From Eledone cirrhosa (Eukaryota), in the NCBI GenBank assembly GCA_964016885.1, contig OZ024741.1, forward strand, positions 304,668,001 to 304,732,000: a stretch of DNA of 64,000 bases, in the 5' to 3' direction. The notes under the pieces were generated by a model. It did not search any database. It worked only from the letters and a program-made list of their open reading frames with translations, and had not been told where the DNA came from. The position numbers were made by a program, and so were the translations under genes. Of the stretch, positions 48,005 through 61,563 are shown piece after piece. Position 1 is the stretch's first letter. Every line of letters begins with the position of its first letter.

Positions 48005-51000
48005 CTGCGGAATCCTGGAGAGTGGAGGGGAGTGAAAAATCTGGACGCTCAGCGAAAATGCCAAAGTTAAAGACAAATTCACCTCGTGGACGAGAATGCG
48101 AGCACTCCTCTTTGTTTCGACCGCGGACGGCTAACATAACCCCATCTCCCCCCGCCCCCACCCTCCAAACGCAATCCAAAACTTCAGAGTTGGTACCATA
48201 AATGTAGGCACCCTAAAGGGTCGCGCTAACGAGGTTGTAGAAATGCTTGAACGTAAGGAGGTCGATGTTTGTTGTATTCAGAGACCAGGTGGAGGGGTGG
48301 GTCTGCTAGATTCATTGAGGGTAAAAAACGATGTTATAAGCTTTTCTGGGTGGGAAACGACGATGGGCTGGGTGGAGTAGGAATCATGGTAGCAGAATAA
48401 TAGACGTAAATAGAGTGAACGACAGAATAATTAAAATACGACTTGTCCTCAATAGAACTACGGTGACAGTAATATCTGCGTACGCACCCCAATCTGGACT
48501 GCCCGGCACTATAAAAGACAGATTCTATGAGACACTGATGCTAACTACCTCCCAAATATCCGACAGTGACTATATAATTATTGCAGGCGACCTAAATGGT
48601 CACGTTGGACAACATTGTGACGGCTACGACGAAATCCATGGAGGCTATGGGTTTGGTACTAGAAATGAGGAAGGCTCCAGAATCCTGGAATTCTGTGATG
48701 CAAATAACCTAACTATCTGTAACACTAACTTCAAAAAACGTGACAATCACCTGATCACCTATAGATCCGGGGAACACACAAGCCAGGTAGATTATATCCT
48801 TACCAGAAGACGTGACAGAGTGTCTGTTGTAAACACTAAATCCCTCCCCCATGAAGAATGCACCTCCCAACATAGACTGATAATTAGCGACCTCATAGTC
48901 AGGACGAGACGTACTCGACAGCAGAAGAGGACTATCCTCAGGAGAAAAATATGGAAGTTAAAGGACCCCACAGCCAGAAATAAATTTCAAAGCATATTAC
49001 TTGATGCTTTCGACAGTAAGGAAGAACATTTAGAGTCGGACAATATAGAGGGACAGTGGGAATTTCTGAAAGCAAACCTGCTGATGGCGACAGACGAAGT
49101 CTGTGGCTGGAGCAGGCCTGTAGGCAGGAGGAGAGTAACATGGTGGTGGAACAGTAAGGTGGAGGGGTCAATTAAGGCCAAAAAGCAGGCTTGGAAAGTA
49201 TGGCGGGATGGGGGAAGTACAGAAGACTATAAAGTGGCCAGGAGGGAAGCTAGGAGACAAGTGTACTTAGCAAGAAGGGAAGCTGAGGAAAGAAAGTTCA
49301 AGCATGTTCTACAACGCGAGGACCAAAAACGTGAGGTGTTCAGGATTGCTAGGCAATGCGTCAAGGAAAACCGTGATATTGTCGGGGAGAAGTGTGTACT
49401 TAACGATGATGGCATACTTGCCATCACCGACGCTGATAAGAAGGTAGCTTGGAAGTGTCACTATGAAAGGCTACTAAATGAGGAGAATAAATGGGAGAAA
49501 AGACAGTCTCCCCCATATCGACCCAATAGAGGGACCAGCAGTGTTAGTCGAGGGGAGTATAATAAGGCAATCAAGGATATGAAGACGGGTAAGGCGGCTG
49601 GGCCTTCGGAAATAGTTGCTGAGATGCTGAAGGCATCTGGCACGGTGGGACACACCATGGTCACCCGCATAGTTAACCAAGTCGTACAGAATGGGGTTGT
49701 TCCGAAGGACTGGCATAGCAGCATCATCGTTAACTGTTATAAGGGTAAAGGAGATGCCCTAGATAGGAGTAACTATAGAGGCATTAAATTAATCGACCAG
49801 GTCATGAAGGTCACGGAAAAAGTAATAGCGCAACTAATCAGAGAGAGAATTGACCTAGATGAAATGCAGTTCGGGTTTGTGTCAGGCAAAAGTACCACAG
49901 ACGCTCTTTTCATTGTACGACAACTACAGGAGAAGTACCTAGCTAAAGGTAAACCCCTCTACTTAGCTTTTGTCGACTTGGAGAAAGCCTTCGACAGAGT
50001 CCCCCGCTCCATTATCTGGTGGGCTCTTAGAAAACTAGGCGTTGACGAATGGCTTGTGAGAGCTATACAAGCCATGTATAAAGAAACAGTCAGCAAGGTT
50101 AGAATTAACAACGAATATAGTGAAGAGTTTAGCGTAAAAGTTGGCGTCCATCAGGGCTCTGTTCTCAGCCCCCTACTATTTATTATTGCCCTTCAGGCTA
50201 TAACAGAGGAGTTCAAGACCGGCTGCCCATGGGAACTCCTATACGCAGACGACCTGACACTCATAGCGGAATCAATGGCCGAGCTAGAGAAGAAATTCCA
50301 AACATGAAAGCACGGCCTAGAATCAAAAGGACTTAAAATTAACCTGGCTAAGACTAAAGTTCTAGTTTGTAGGAAAGAAAATAAGGCGGCGGTCCCTTCT
50401 GGGAAGTGGTCGTGCTCGGTGTGTAGGAAAGGCGTAGGTAGAAACTCCATTTTATGTCCTAAATGCAAAGTATGGGTGCATAAAAGATGTAGTGGGATCA
50501 CAGGTAAGCTAACTAAGAACATAGATTTTACATGTGGCCGGTGCTCTGGTGCAATAAGTAGCAGCAAGTGCCCACAAAATACTAGCTCTTTCAATTGCGC
50601 AGAGGGTTCTATAGAAATAGTGGACAGCTTCCGTTACCTGGGCGATAAAATCAGCAGTGGGGGAGGGTGCTCTGAAAGTACAGTAGCTAGAGTTAGAACT
50701 GGTTGGAAAAAGTTCAGAGAGCTTATACCACTATTAGCTGCTAAAGGGTTCTCCCTAAAAATGAAAGGCAGGTTGTACGATGCCTGCATACGAACAGCAA
50801 TGTTGCATGGCAGTGAGACCTGGGCATTGTGTGCAGAGGATATACGCAGACTAGAGAGGAACGAAGCTTGCATGCTCCGATGGATGTGTAACAGTAATAT
50901 ACGTGAACGGCAAAGCATAAACGAACTAAGGAAAAAATTAGAAATAAGAGGGATCAGATGTTGTTTACTCGAGAGAAGGCTACGTTGGTATGAACACGTG

Positions 51001-51555
51001 ATGAGCATGAAAGTCGATAGCTGTATAACAAAGTGCAGGGCAATAAAGATAGACAGTAGCCACGGAATAGGCAGACCTAGAAAAACATGGGACGAGCTGA
51101 TAAACTCCGACCTCACACACTTACACCTCTCCAAGACAATGTCACTAGACCGAGACCTTTGGCGGTACTCAGTAACAGAGAAGACCCGCCTTACCTAAAT
51201 ACATAGTAAAACCTACTACAGCCAGTAGGCATCTCTAACAAAATACCCCCCCCCCCCTTCTATGTAAAGTTATGTTGGTGCCACACCATCCAGGCCGAAA
51301 CAAATGAGATCGTGTAGGTGTCACGACAAAAAAACACACAGTCCACGCTGTAATGTGGCCGTGTAGGCAACACGGTAAAAACCTCCCAGACCCACACTGT
51401 AAATGTGGTTGGTGTTAGGAAGGGCATCCAACTGTAGAAAACCTGCCAGACAGTCCTATGCGAGCAAGACAATCACTCTTGCCTCAAGTGGGACTACCCC
51501 CGTCCAAACCCATGCAAGCGTGGAACACGGACGTTAAACGTTGATGATGATGATG
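48005..51555 (+). mobile_element. Near-full-length RTE LINE (APE endonuclease, RT, PHD finger), disrupted
   Basis: FRVGTINVGTL, CCIQETRW, SAYAPQ, GDLNGHVG, VDYIL, SQHRL (APE); QFGF, FVDLEKAFD, QGSVLSP, YADD, FRYLG (RT); frameshifts near 48180-48410 and 49500-49560, TGG>TGA at 50305; (GAT)n tail. Confidence 0.95.
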
Positions 51556-51629
51556 AATTAGGAACAAAATTAGCAAATTTCAGATAAATCAAAATAGCAA
51601 AATAAAATGAGAAAATAGATTTTACTTAC

Positions 51630-51716
51630 CGAGCATTGCTCTGAGAGGTAATCTGTTTTATAGTCTGACCTTGTTTGCCAATAATAGCACCAACATATTC
51701 CCTACCAACTAGAACC
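51630..51716 (-). CDS. IGF2BP: IGF2BP/IMP exon (KH1 first half)
   Basis: VLVGREYVGAIIGKQGQTIKQITSQSNAR; phase 2-2. Confidence 0.93.
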
Positions 51717-52159
51717 CTGAAAAAGAAGGATGAGAGGGACTAGTTATTTCAAAAGTTTTAGTCTATCATACAAGAATTATAAAGGCACCCAGTCCACTGT
51801 AAGGTGGTAGTGCCAAAATCACAAAAAGCTCTCAGTACACATTGTAAAGTGATTGGTATTAGAAAAGGTCATCCAAATGTAACAATTAAGCCCAAGCAGT
51901 TCATGAGCCAGATGTAGTCATCTAACTAGTTTTACCTCAGGTATCAACCTGTAAGACAGACTGTGATGATGATTAAATCTTCAAACATAATATGTCAAGG
52001 TATGTTTTAGAAAACTAGAGTTTGTAATTTGAAATTCTTATCTCTATGTTTGTATGCAGCGCTGTACTTTACATATTTACAAAGTATTTAGTTTAAAACT
52101 TTTTTGCCTATCCCATTTTACGTTTATTTCTTGTTAAGCTTCCGGTAATGTCTATGCTA

Positions 52160-52865
52160 AGTGTCTGGCAAAGAAGAGATGCAGGGAGATTGTCGAGCCC
52201 AAAAGATGATGAACAGTGTGGTTTTTGCCCCAAACAAACTGACCAAAATACTCACACTGAGGCGGATTTTTGAGAAAACGTGGGAGTACTGTCAAGAAGT
52301 GTATGCTTGCTTCGTAGACCTCGAAAAGATGGAGAAGTGCAAAAATTGCAGGAGTCGGTGCAGCAATGCGCCAGCTTCAGCATTCGGCCATCAGAAGGGA
52401 GGTAGGTGTAAAATCCAAACTTGCTATCTTCAGTTTGGTATTTATGCCAATCCTTACCTATGGTAATGAATCTTGGGTAATGACTGAAAGAATCCGATCC
52501 TGAATACAAGCAGCCAAAATAGGGTCCCTCCAAAGGGTCTTTGGAGTAACGCTACTCAGAGTGTGTAGCTTGGAGAGTTCCTCCAGGTAGAGTTACTACT
52601 TCTCCAATACTATGTTTATGTGGTTATAATGTCTCAGGAAAGAATCAATCACTGGACAGATTTTAGGGGCAAAACCAACTAGCAAGAGACCTAGGGGGTA
52701 GACGCCAAGCAAGATGGTTGGATAACATCCATGACCTCATCTGGTCTCATTTGGGAATCTAGCCAGACCAATTGGAGATGGTTGTTTCTGCCAGAACTCG
52801 CTGGAAGGAGTGTTTGAGGACTGTCCCCATGACTCTCCTAGGAATAAGTGGGTGAAGAAGAAGAC
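52160..52865 (+). mobile_element. Decayed RTE fragment (another subfamily)
   Basis: RRIFEKTWEYCQEVYACFVDLEK, ILTYGNESW motifs, GAAGAAGAAG tail. Confidence 0.75.
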
Positions 52866-53982
52866 ATTACATGGCTATATTTCTATTGAAATACACTACC
52901 TGTGAGTTTCAATTTTGAGAACAATTAAGAATTTGAAAGAATTTAGTAAAATAATTTCACTTAAGTTAATGTTTCAGGGCAGTGGATTTGCAATCAATAG
53001 GATGTTCAAACAAATTAGTTCACCTACTATGAAGGGCAATGGTGATAAACCAATACATTCGTCATATCAAAAATATTACAGAATTTAAGTAGAGAAATGG
53101 AAAGCAGTTTGAATATTTGTCAGAACATGGAACCAAGTATATCTTTTATGATGAAAATTGCAAGAGAATTACTTTTTACCTAGTGTAATAAGTATTGAAA
53201 TAGACAATATAATTCAGTCTTCTGTGAGCATTTCATGATGTATAAGAAGGTAAAAAAACAAGGTTCTGAATGAAGACCATCGTTTTTTGTCAATTTTCCA
53301 TGTTGGTATGGGTTAGACAGGACTTTCTGAGACAATGTTCTACAGCCGGATGTCATTCCTGACATCATTTTAGGTGCTTCTTACAAAATGCAGAGGAAGT
53401 ATACCTATTCTAAACCAAATACATTTATAATAAGTTGATGGTTCTGAAGAGTGTCCCTAGCTATGTCCATATGAACATGTTGGCTGGCATGAAGTTATAG
53501 TAAACCTAGTCACATTAAAGTTATCTTCTGTTACCCAAGTGGCTGTAAAGATATTGCAGGGAAACAAGCTGAAAGTAAGAAGCTGCCTCATTATTGCAAC
53601 TAAAGCAAAATAAAATGAGTATAGCCTACAGGATAGAAGAAAGATATGACCTTGAACTTGAGAAGCAGACTTAGTGCTGACACATTGAGAATAATGGAGT
53701 ATGAAAAACACAGGCTGACCTATGCAATGGATGAATACAATAATATAGGTATCATTTTATGTCCACTTTTACATGCTTATGTGGTTTGGATGGCTATGTA
53801 ATGTAAATACTGGAAATGTACCATGAGTGGTAGGTATACAAATACAAGCAAGCTGAAATGAGCTTGTGGTAGAGTTATCAAATTAAACATTAGGAAGTTG
53901 AACTTCAGTAAAAATGATACTGCAGAGAATTATATTCTAGACCCATCTAATCCAAGCCAACTTGAAAACGAACATTACTTAC

Positions 53983-54071
53983 CTAAGTGGTAAATCTTGA
54001 CCACACACCATCCCTGACCTGTTATTAGAATTAGACTGGTTGTTTCTTGTTCTGCTACCTGCAAAATCTGC
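53983..54071 (-). CDS. IGF2BP: IGF2BP/IMP exon (RRM2-KH1 linker)
   Basis: ADFAGSRTRNNQSNSNNRSGMVCGQDLPLR; AG/GTAAGT, phase 0-2 bridges its neighbours. Confidence 0.87.
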
Positions 54072-54617
54072 CTAAAAAAATAATGAATTGTCATATAATT
54101 AAATTAAGAATTTTATATTGTTCTCATATTACCAACATTTGTCATGTATTCCAAACAGAGAACACTGTTAAAAATAATCTACTTTTATCAGCATGAGACA
54201 TACACACAGCTTAAGCTTGCTCAGATAAGAAAGGTCTTATTAATTCCAAACATTACAATGAAGACAAACAATAGATTTCAAAACAGTAGTGAATGATAAA
54301 ATTGAATTCAAACAAAGAAGAAAAGCAAAGGGGATCATTTCCTTTACAAATGGAAAACTTATAAAAAATATGAAATTTACTAGGTAAGAAATGAATTGCT
54401 ATTTTGTTCAAATTTTCCAATTCCATTTCACTTTGTTTTATAAATTTACACAATTTCAACATTAGGTCAATGTTGTGAGCTTTACCTTCATAAGAATTGC
54501 ATGATTAACACTATTAGAAACATCTACAGCCACCTCTTGCAAGCCATACTATCCCAACCTGGAAATATCTTACTCCTTAGTTCTTGTCACCTTTAACCCT
54601 TTCATTAAAAAACACAC

Positions 54618-54880
54618 CATCATCATCGTTTAACGTCTATCTTCCACGCTAGCATGGGTTAGACGGGAGTTGTCCTACTTGAGGCAAGATTGGTCGGGTG
54701 ACCGTGTCTCACTCGTATAGGACTATCTGGCAGGTTTTCTACGGTTGGATGCCCTTCCTAACACCAACCACATTTACAGTGTGGACTGGGAGCTTTTTAC
54801 CGTGTTACCTACACGACCACATTACAGCGTGGACTGTTTTTTGTTGTGACCCCTACACAATCTCATTAGTTTGGACTTAA
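54618..54880 (-). mobile_element. RTE 3' UTR fragment inserted in a P2 MITE
   Basis: Reverse complement of 51300-51555. Confidence 0.85.
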
Positions 54881-55330
54881 TTTTGAAAATAACTTTTATT
54901 AAGCTGATGTCTAGAACATTAGCTAATAAAAAGTCGATTCACAAAATTGTGATATTGTGATGGAAAGTTTTTAGTATAAACACTTTAGGGGAGGTTTAAG
55001 GCAGATTAATATCAAAAAGGTTAATAAATATTTCATTATGCACCACAATGCCATGATGCTCCTCTAATAATTTTTTCTTACATCGACTTTTCCATAATGA
55101 TATTGAGCAAGACTTTTAGAGGCAATGTTTTTCAGCAGATTACCTTTCTTGACACTAACCCTTTTAGTCACTTGTTATGACACTAATCATCTCTGAAAAT
55201 AATTTACATATCACGAGCAATGTATCTCCTCTATCTCAGACATTATGAATGCCATGTTATTTAAGGTTACAGTTAAATGAATGGACTGACAAAATAAAAC
55301 AAATTTGGAAACTGAAGCAGAATTCCTTAC

Positions 55331-55379
55331 CTTTAAAATTGAGCCTTGGAAATCATAATCCTCTAAATATGAAATGACT
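55331..55379 (-). CDS. IGF2BP: IGF2BP/IMP exon (RRM2 end)
   Basis: VISYLEDYDFQGSILK; phase 2-0. Confidence 0.85.
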
Positions 55380-55964
55380 CTAGAAATGAAGAAATTTATG
55401 ATAAAATATAAATAGATAAAAAATACTAAAATCAAACTGTACCACAAATATCATCTCTTAACACCTGCTTTCCCTGTTAGTAAGGGTGGGACAGGTGGTC
55501 AACAGATTGGGTCAGTACTCAAATGGAGATACTGACTACTTGGATGGGACAGCAGCCTGCATCTCACTTATATAGGATCCCATGTTCTACCAAGCGCATT
55601 TTATTGTGACGCAAGCACTAGGGAGGTTGTCATGACTTTGACATAGCTAAAGAATCCTCTCAACCCAAAGAGGAAAAAAGCAACTATGAAATTTATTATG
55701 AAGAAACAAACTGAAGAATTTTGTAAATTCCTTCCATCAGATTTACAATATCTATGGATGTTAACTTTGAAATAACCCTTTCATAACTGTATTGCTAATG
55801 AAATGCATTCTATTTCAATTAATTAATGAAGAAATCGAGGGATTTACTAAAATTATTTCATTATTAAAATAACTTAATATATGGTTCTTATATATAATTT
55901 TGATAGAAGATTTAATTTAAAATGGATAGTTTTGTTTCATAGAGTCTGAGTGTTGGGTGAGTTA

Positions 55965-56375
55965 AGAGATCACAGCTCCAATACTATGGGCATGTGGTTA
56001 GAATGTTTCAAGAAAAAATTGCTAGATAGATTTTATCGGCAAAACCAACTGGCAACATAGTTGGATAACATCCATAAGCCTGGCTGGTCTCACTTGGGGA
56101 TTCAGCCAAATATGTTGGAGACGGTTGCTTCTGACAGGACTCGCTGGAAGGAGTGTTTGAGGACTGCCCCAACGATCCTCTCAGGAATAAGTTTCCAAAT
56201 AATCTGGCTAGATGCCCAAACGAAACCAGCCAGGCTCATGGATGTTATCCAACCATCTTGCTCAGTGTCTACCCTTGGGTCTCCTACCAGTTGTCTCCCC
56301 CTGTATAATCTGTCCAGAGATTCTTTCCTAAGACATTCTAACTCCATGTCCATAGTACCAGAGCTGTGATCTCTC
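55965..56375. repeat. Fold-back pair of RTE fragments
   Basis: 55965-56150 (+) and 56200-56375 (-) both begin at GAGATCACAGCTC. Confidence 0.75.
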
Positions 56376-56522
56376 ATTGATATTCTTATTTAAATATGAA
56401 TAGGTCATTTTCGAGGGTTGGTACCAAAAGAATTAGAAAAATAAATGCAGTAATTTATAAGAAATGGTTCTAATGTAGGAAGGCGTAAACAAAATGTAAA
56501 TAAATATAAAATCATTACTTAC

Positions 56523-56577
56523 TGTTGAGCTTGATCCTGATTGCTATAGGTTACATACACAACACCTTCATTACTAA
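56523..56577 (-). CDS. IGF2BP: IGF2BP/IMP exon (RRM2 middle)
   Basis: VSNEGVVYVTYSNQDQAQ (compare VVNVTYSNREQ); phase 1-2. Confidence 0.87.
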
Positions 56578-58780
56578 CTGTAAAATAAAAATAAAAAACT
56601 TTTAAGAATTTAAATTCATGTTACAAAATATTATACGAAAAAAAAAAAATAAATAAATAAATTGTAAGAAATAAAATGAAATGCATAAAGAATTAATTTT
56701 CCCAAATTGGAACCCATCCCCTCTCCCTGAACAGAGCCAATTTCTTCCAGAGAAGGAAAGAGACCATGTGAGAGAAGACATGAAAAAGAGATATAGAAGA
56801 ATCAACTCCAGTATGCAACAGTACTTTTTATTTTTAATCTCAAAAATGTGAAAGAAAGTTGATCTTAGTCGGATTTGAACTTAGAACGCAGAGAACTGAA
56901 ACGAATACTGCAAAGCATTCTAGTTGACGTTCTAATGACTATTTTGTCACCACAACCAATAAATAATGATTTCTAGTATCACTGAGTTTGAGTAATCTAG
57001 CTAACCCTTTTAACCATTTCATCATCACATTTTTAATGAAATACACTGCCTGTGTTTCAATTTTGAGAATGAATATTAGGAGAAATTTAGAAAATAACTA
57101 CATTTTTCATTAGTAAACTGACATTTAGAATATTACTTAAAAACGATTTCTAAAATTATGTTATGATGGAAGGTTTTAACCCTTTTCATACCAACCCACA
57201 CAAAACTACTTTTGGTTCTACGAGATAAATTCACCCGTTATAAAAGTTTCTATTTATATTAAAATCTTCCAACATAATTTTAGTAAAGCCTTTAAAATTC
57301 TTCATTAATTGAAGACACTATATTTCATTCGAAATCATCATTTTACGTGTTTTTCCATGCTTGCATGGGCTGGACAGGTCCTTTTCAACACAGCATCTCT
57401 CCACTTAATTCTTTGTCATCCCCTCTGTGAGTCTCAGCAATTTGAAGTCAGCTCTCATCACCTCTGCCCAGATCTTTCGTCTACCTTTATTACAACTTCC
57501 ATCCACTGACATTTCATCCAACAATCATTATACCAATCATGCACACCATCTCGCATACCTCTTAAACCCAACTTCTCCCTCAGTTCATCAAAGCTCTGCC
57601 TTTCTCTCACATCCAACGAAGCATGGCTGCTTTATTTCTCTCCAGTCTACGCATGTCTTCTAGAGTCACTGCCAATGTTTTTCTACCATGCAGCATCACA
57701 CTTCACACACAGGTGCCATACAGTCATCCTTTTGTACATAGGAAGAAACGACCATGGAAGGAATAAACATTTAAAAATGAGCAGTTTTCTATCATAAATC
57801 ATGGCAGTTCAGTATCAAAAGAATTAACTAACAGGCTTCATTAGGGAACTTACACCTATTGGACACATGAAGCAATTTTAGAAATGGCTTTTAGATATGA
57901 AACCTTACAATGATATAAGCCTCATTTTTAGTCAGTCAATTAACGATAAAGATTTATAAAAAATTAAGTTTCTCTGCTGCTAGATAAGTTATTTTTTAGC
58001 TTTATGTCCTAGACCACATGAAATCGCATTAGCAAGATATTATTGAAAAGTAGAAAACAGCACTATTATTTTTAATGTGATACAGTAAAGTTCCTTACTC
58101 TAATACTGCAAATTTTTGCAACAATCTGTCCACAAGCAAAGATACTATACATATATATAAATATTTGAATTAAGAAACCAGCTAGATATTTTCTGCTAAA
58201 TCATTTCAGGATGTTATAGGTTAATTTTTTTTTATCCATTTGTGACTGTATTTCTAATAAAATACGCTGTCTGTGTGTTTCAATAAACTTTTTAAATCAA
58301 GAATTTGTAAGGATTTTGAAGAAAAAAAAACTAACTTTAAACATCCCTCAAATAACATTATGATAAAAGGTTTAAATTTACATATAATAAATATCGTATT
58401 CCCTGGAATCGAAGATGCCCCCACCCCCATTCATTCCCATATGAGCAGAGTATGGTAGACGAGGAAACTGACAAGTGATATTTTTACATGTGTATCAATA
58501 TTGCCAGTATTTTCACTCTCTTCAAACAACCTGATTTTAAGGGAACACTATTAGATAACAGAACTAAAACTGCAGTATGTGTTAAAAGGGTTTACCAGTA
58601 AATATTAACAAGACTTTATTTTATGCTTATTTTTTTGGTGGATGCAGGCCTTGAGGATGAAGTGTCTTCAATGACAGGAAATACAGTAAAAGGAATGGTT
58701 TTGTATGGTAGAACTACATTCACATATGGTAGAACTACATTCACATAAAATGCTCTCAAAACGCTTAAAGTAAAAATTAC

Positions 58781-58887
58781 CGTGATTGATTCGTTGAACT
58801 TGCTCTATAGAAGATATAAAATTCTCAAATTCTTCTTTGGTTACATGCTGAGGAACATTTCTAATCTGGACCTTATTTGAACGCCGA
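58781..58887 (-). CDS. IGF2BP: IGF2BP/IMP exon (RRM2 start); upstream exons not found in window
   Basis: RRSNKVQIRNVPQHVTKEEFENFISSIEQVQRINH (compare RSRKIQIRNIP); phase 2-1. Confidence 0.87.
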
Positions 58888-60074
58888 CTACATAAAAAAG
58901 AAAGAAAGAAATATATCAACTTTGATATTCTAAATTGTAATTTTTTAAATATATACTATGTTTAGACAAAATTTAAATATTTCAATTTTTTTTTCTTAAA
59001 CAGAATTTTAATTTTGTAGACAACTTATAGGCATTGCCTATCATTTTCAAATCATTTTGGAAATAATCAAGAATTTAGTAATAAACTAATTTACTTATTA
59101 AATGAAATTATGAAGGAAGGTTTTGGGGGGGGGGGGGGGGGGTTTGTTTAATATAAAATCTTTAAAATATACAGCTTAGAATTGTAAAGCTGGAAACAGT
59201 TTCAAGCAGTTTATTATAAAAAAAAGGTTAACTTATAGCAATAACTGTACAATTCAAACTCAATGAGTAGATATGTGACTTAATATTTAGGAAAAACAGG
59301 ATGAATGTTTTATTATGAATTGGAATAATTTTAATATAATGAAACCAAATATTTAGAATTTAATTTTATGAAGTAAATCTTATATCATTATTTTTTAAAA
59401 ATGAAACTACTTTAATACTTTTGTTAATTCAAAGTAATGAAAATATTTTTAGGATTCACAATTCTATATATAAACATACTTATGTTTACCAAAGAAAAAA
59501 AATTACAGGTTTAGCCATAAGAATATATGTAATATTAGTAGCAAGTTGCAATTGCTACATTCCTACAAGCATCTTGAGGCAGCAGTTATAGCAACCCACG
59601 TAGGAGGCAGAATAGGTTTACTATATTTAGCAGTTACAATAGCAGTAATGGTGGTTGTGAGGTGGTTCAGCAGAATAATTAGTTTAAAAGAACAGTATGG
59701 TTAACAGGTAACTTTGTATCCATGACAAGCAGCTGTGAGAGACACTAGACAGCTAAACCGAGTCTTCCTACAAGAACAAACAACTTTCAACTAATACAAA
59801 TTAAATGTGTTAAACAATACATGTATAACACATAGTTTAATTGAAGCAAGCTAAAAGGACATTATGTAGTTACAGAATCTGCTCAATATAGCTATCAAAT
59901 TGAACATCCTACCATCTTTGAAATGTTAAGCCCTAAATATTAATATGGAATAGCTCCAACAACAATTGCTCAATTCAATCATACATTTTTATCCTAAGCT
60001 GACCAGGGCTGCCTAATGAATTCAGAGTTTCACACTAACAAATAGCCATAACAATACACCACTTGTATGTGTAT

Positions 60075-60610
60075 CATCATCTTCGTTAAACGCCCATCTT
60101 CCACGCGAGCATGGGTTAGACGGTGTGTATGTATGTATATATGATATATCATCATCGTTTAATGTATATATGATATATCATCATCATCATCATCGTTTAA
60201 TGTATATATGATATATCATCATCATCATCATCATCATCGTTTAATGTCTATTTTCCATGCTAGCATGGGTTAGACGGGAGTTGTCCCACTTGAGGCAAAG
60301 TTGGTCAGGTGACCATGTCTCGCTCATATAGGACTATCTGGCGGGTTTTCTACGGCTGGATGCCTTCCTAACACCAACCACATTTACAGTGTGGAACTGG
60401 GAACTTTTTACCGTGTTACATACACGGCCACATTACAGCATGGACTGTGCGTTTTTTTTTTGTCGTGACACCTACACGATCTCGATCTCATTTATTTGGA
60501 CTGGATGTTGTGGTACCAACTTTACAGAGAGAGGGTGGTGTTGGTGGGAGGATATTTGGATAAGAGGTGCCTACTGACTGTAGGTTTCGCTTTGTACATA
60601 GGCAAGGCTG
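60075..60610 (-). mobile_element. RTE 3' end with stuttered tail duplications
   Basis: Reverse complement of 51190-51555; three repeats of TATATGATATATCATCATC..GTTTAATG at 60137-60247. Confidence 0.85.
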
Positions 60611-61563
60611 GTCACGCTGGTGTGGTGTGGTGTGGTGTGTCACTTAAAATTTGTACATGCAAATATATAATTTCCTCTATCTGTCACTTTGCTTTCCAAT
60701 CACAAAGTCCTGGGTTCGAGCCATGCATTTGTACTTGTAAAATAGTTATTTCTCCAAAGTTACTCATACATTTAATCCTGGATGTCATTTGTACATATAT
60801 GCTGAACATTTATGTAATTATATCCTAGAAATAAATTATTAAAATATCATTTTAAACTTTAATCACTTCCAATGTGTCAGTATTCAACATAAACTATAAG
60901 GTTTCCTTAAACAAACCATAAGTACACAAAAATAGTTTTATGGCCATTTGCTCAGTTAATTTTGCAGGCTCCATGAGGATCTTCTCCATTTTGCCTTATT
61001 GCCTGCATCCCTACCACCTTTCATTTCCTTCATCTTGAGTCATGTCTTTGACTGTTCCTTCTAGTACCTTTCACATTCCTAAACACATAGCCCAACTATC
61101 TCATTCTATTTCTTTTTGCAACATTCATCACTAGCTCTATACCCATAATCTGCTTCAACATTCACCACTGGCTCTATTCCCATCATCCTCTGAGTAATAC
61201 TCTGCTCATCAACTGAACCATTCTCGTTTGTTTTTTTTCATCCTTCTCTGTTCTACGTTCACTCATGTCTCACTTCCATAAATCATTGCACTTCACATAT
61301 GCAGCATACATCTTCCACTTTAGTTTCAGCAACATACTCATCAACATGCTACTCAGTTCCTGGAACATTTATGTACATCTGACTCTAGACACTCATGGAG
61401 TCTGATCCACCTTCTCCATTTCTCATAAGGTAACAATGTTTTCACACATTCTGTCTACGCTGTTTCCAAGACCCAGCTCAACACCCTCTCCATCTGTAGC
61501 TCCCCATATACACTTTATACTTAAATGTTGATACCACATTATTTAAAAATCCCTTCACATATA

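Noticed and set aside
48415-50307. 630-aa ORF as an intact gene or active LINE
   Set aside because: Fragment of a LINE ORF broken by frameshifts and a premature stop
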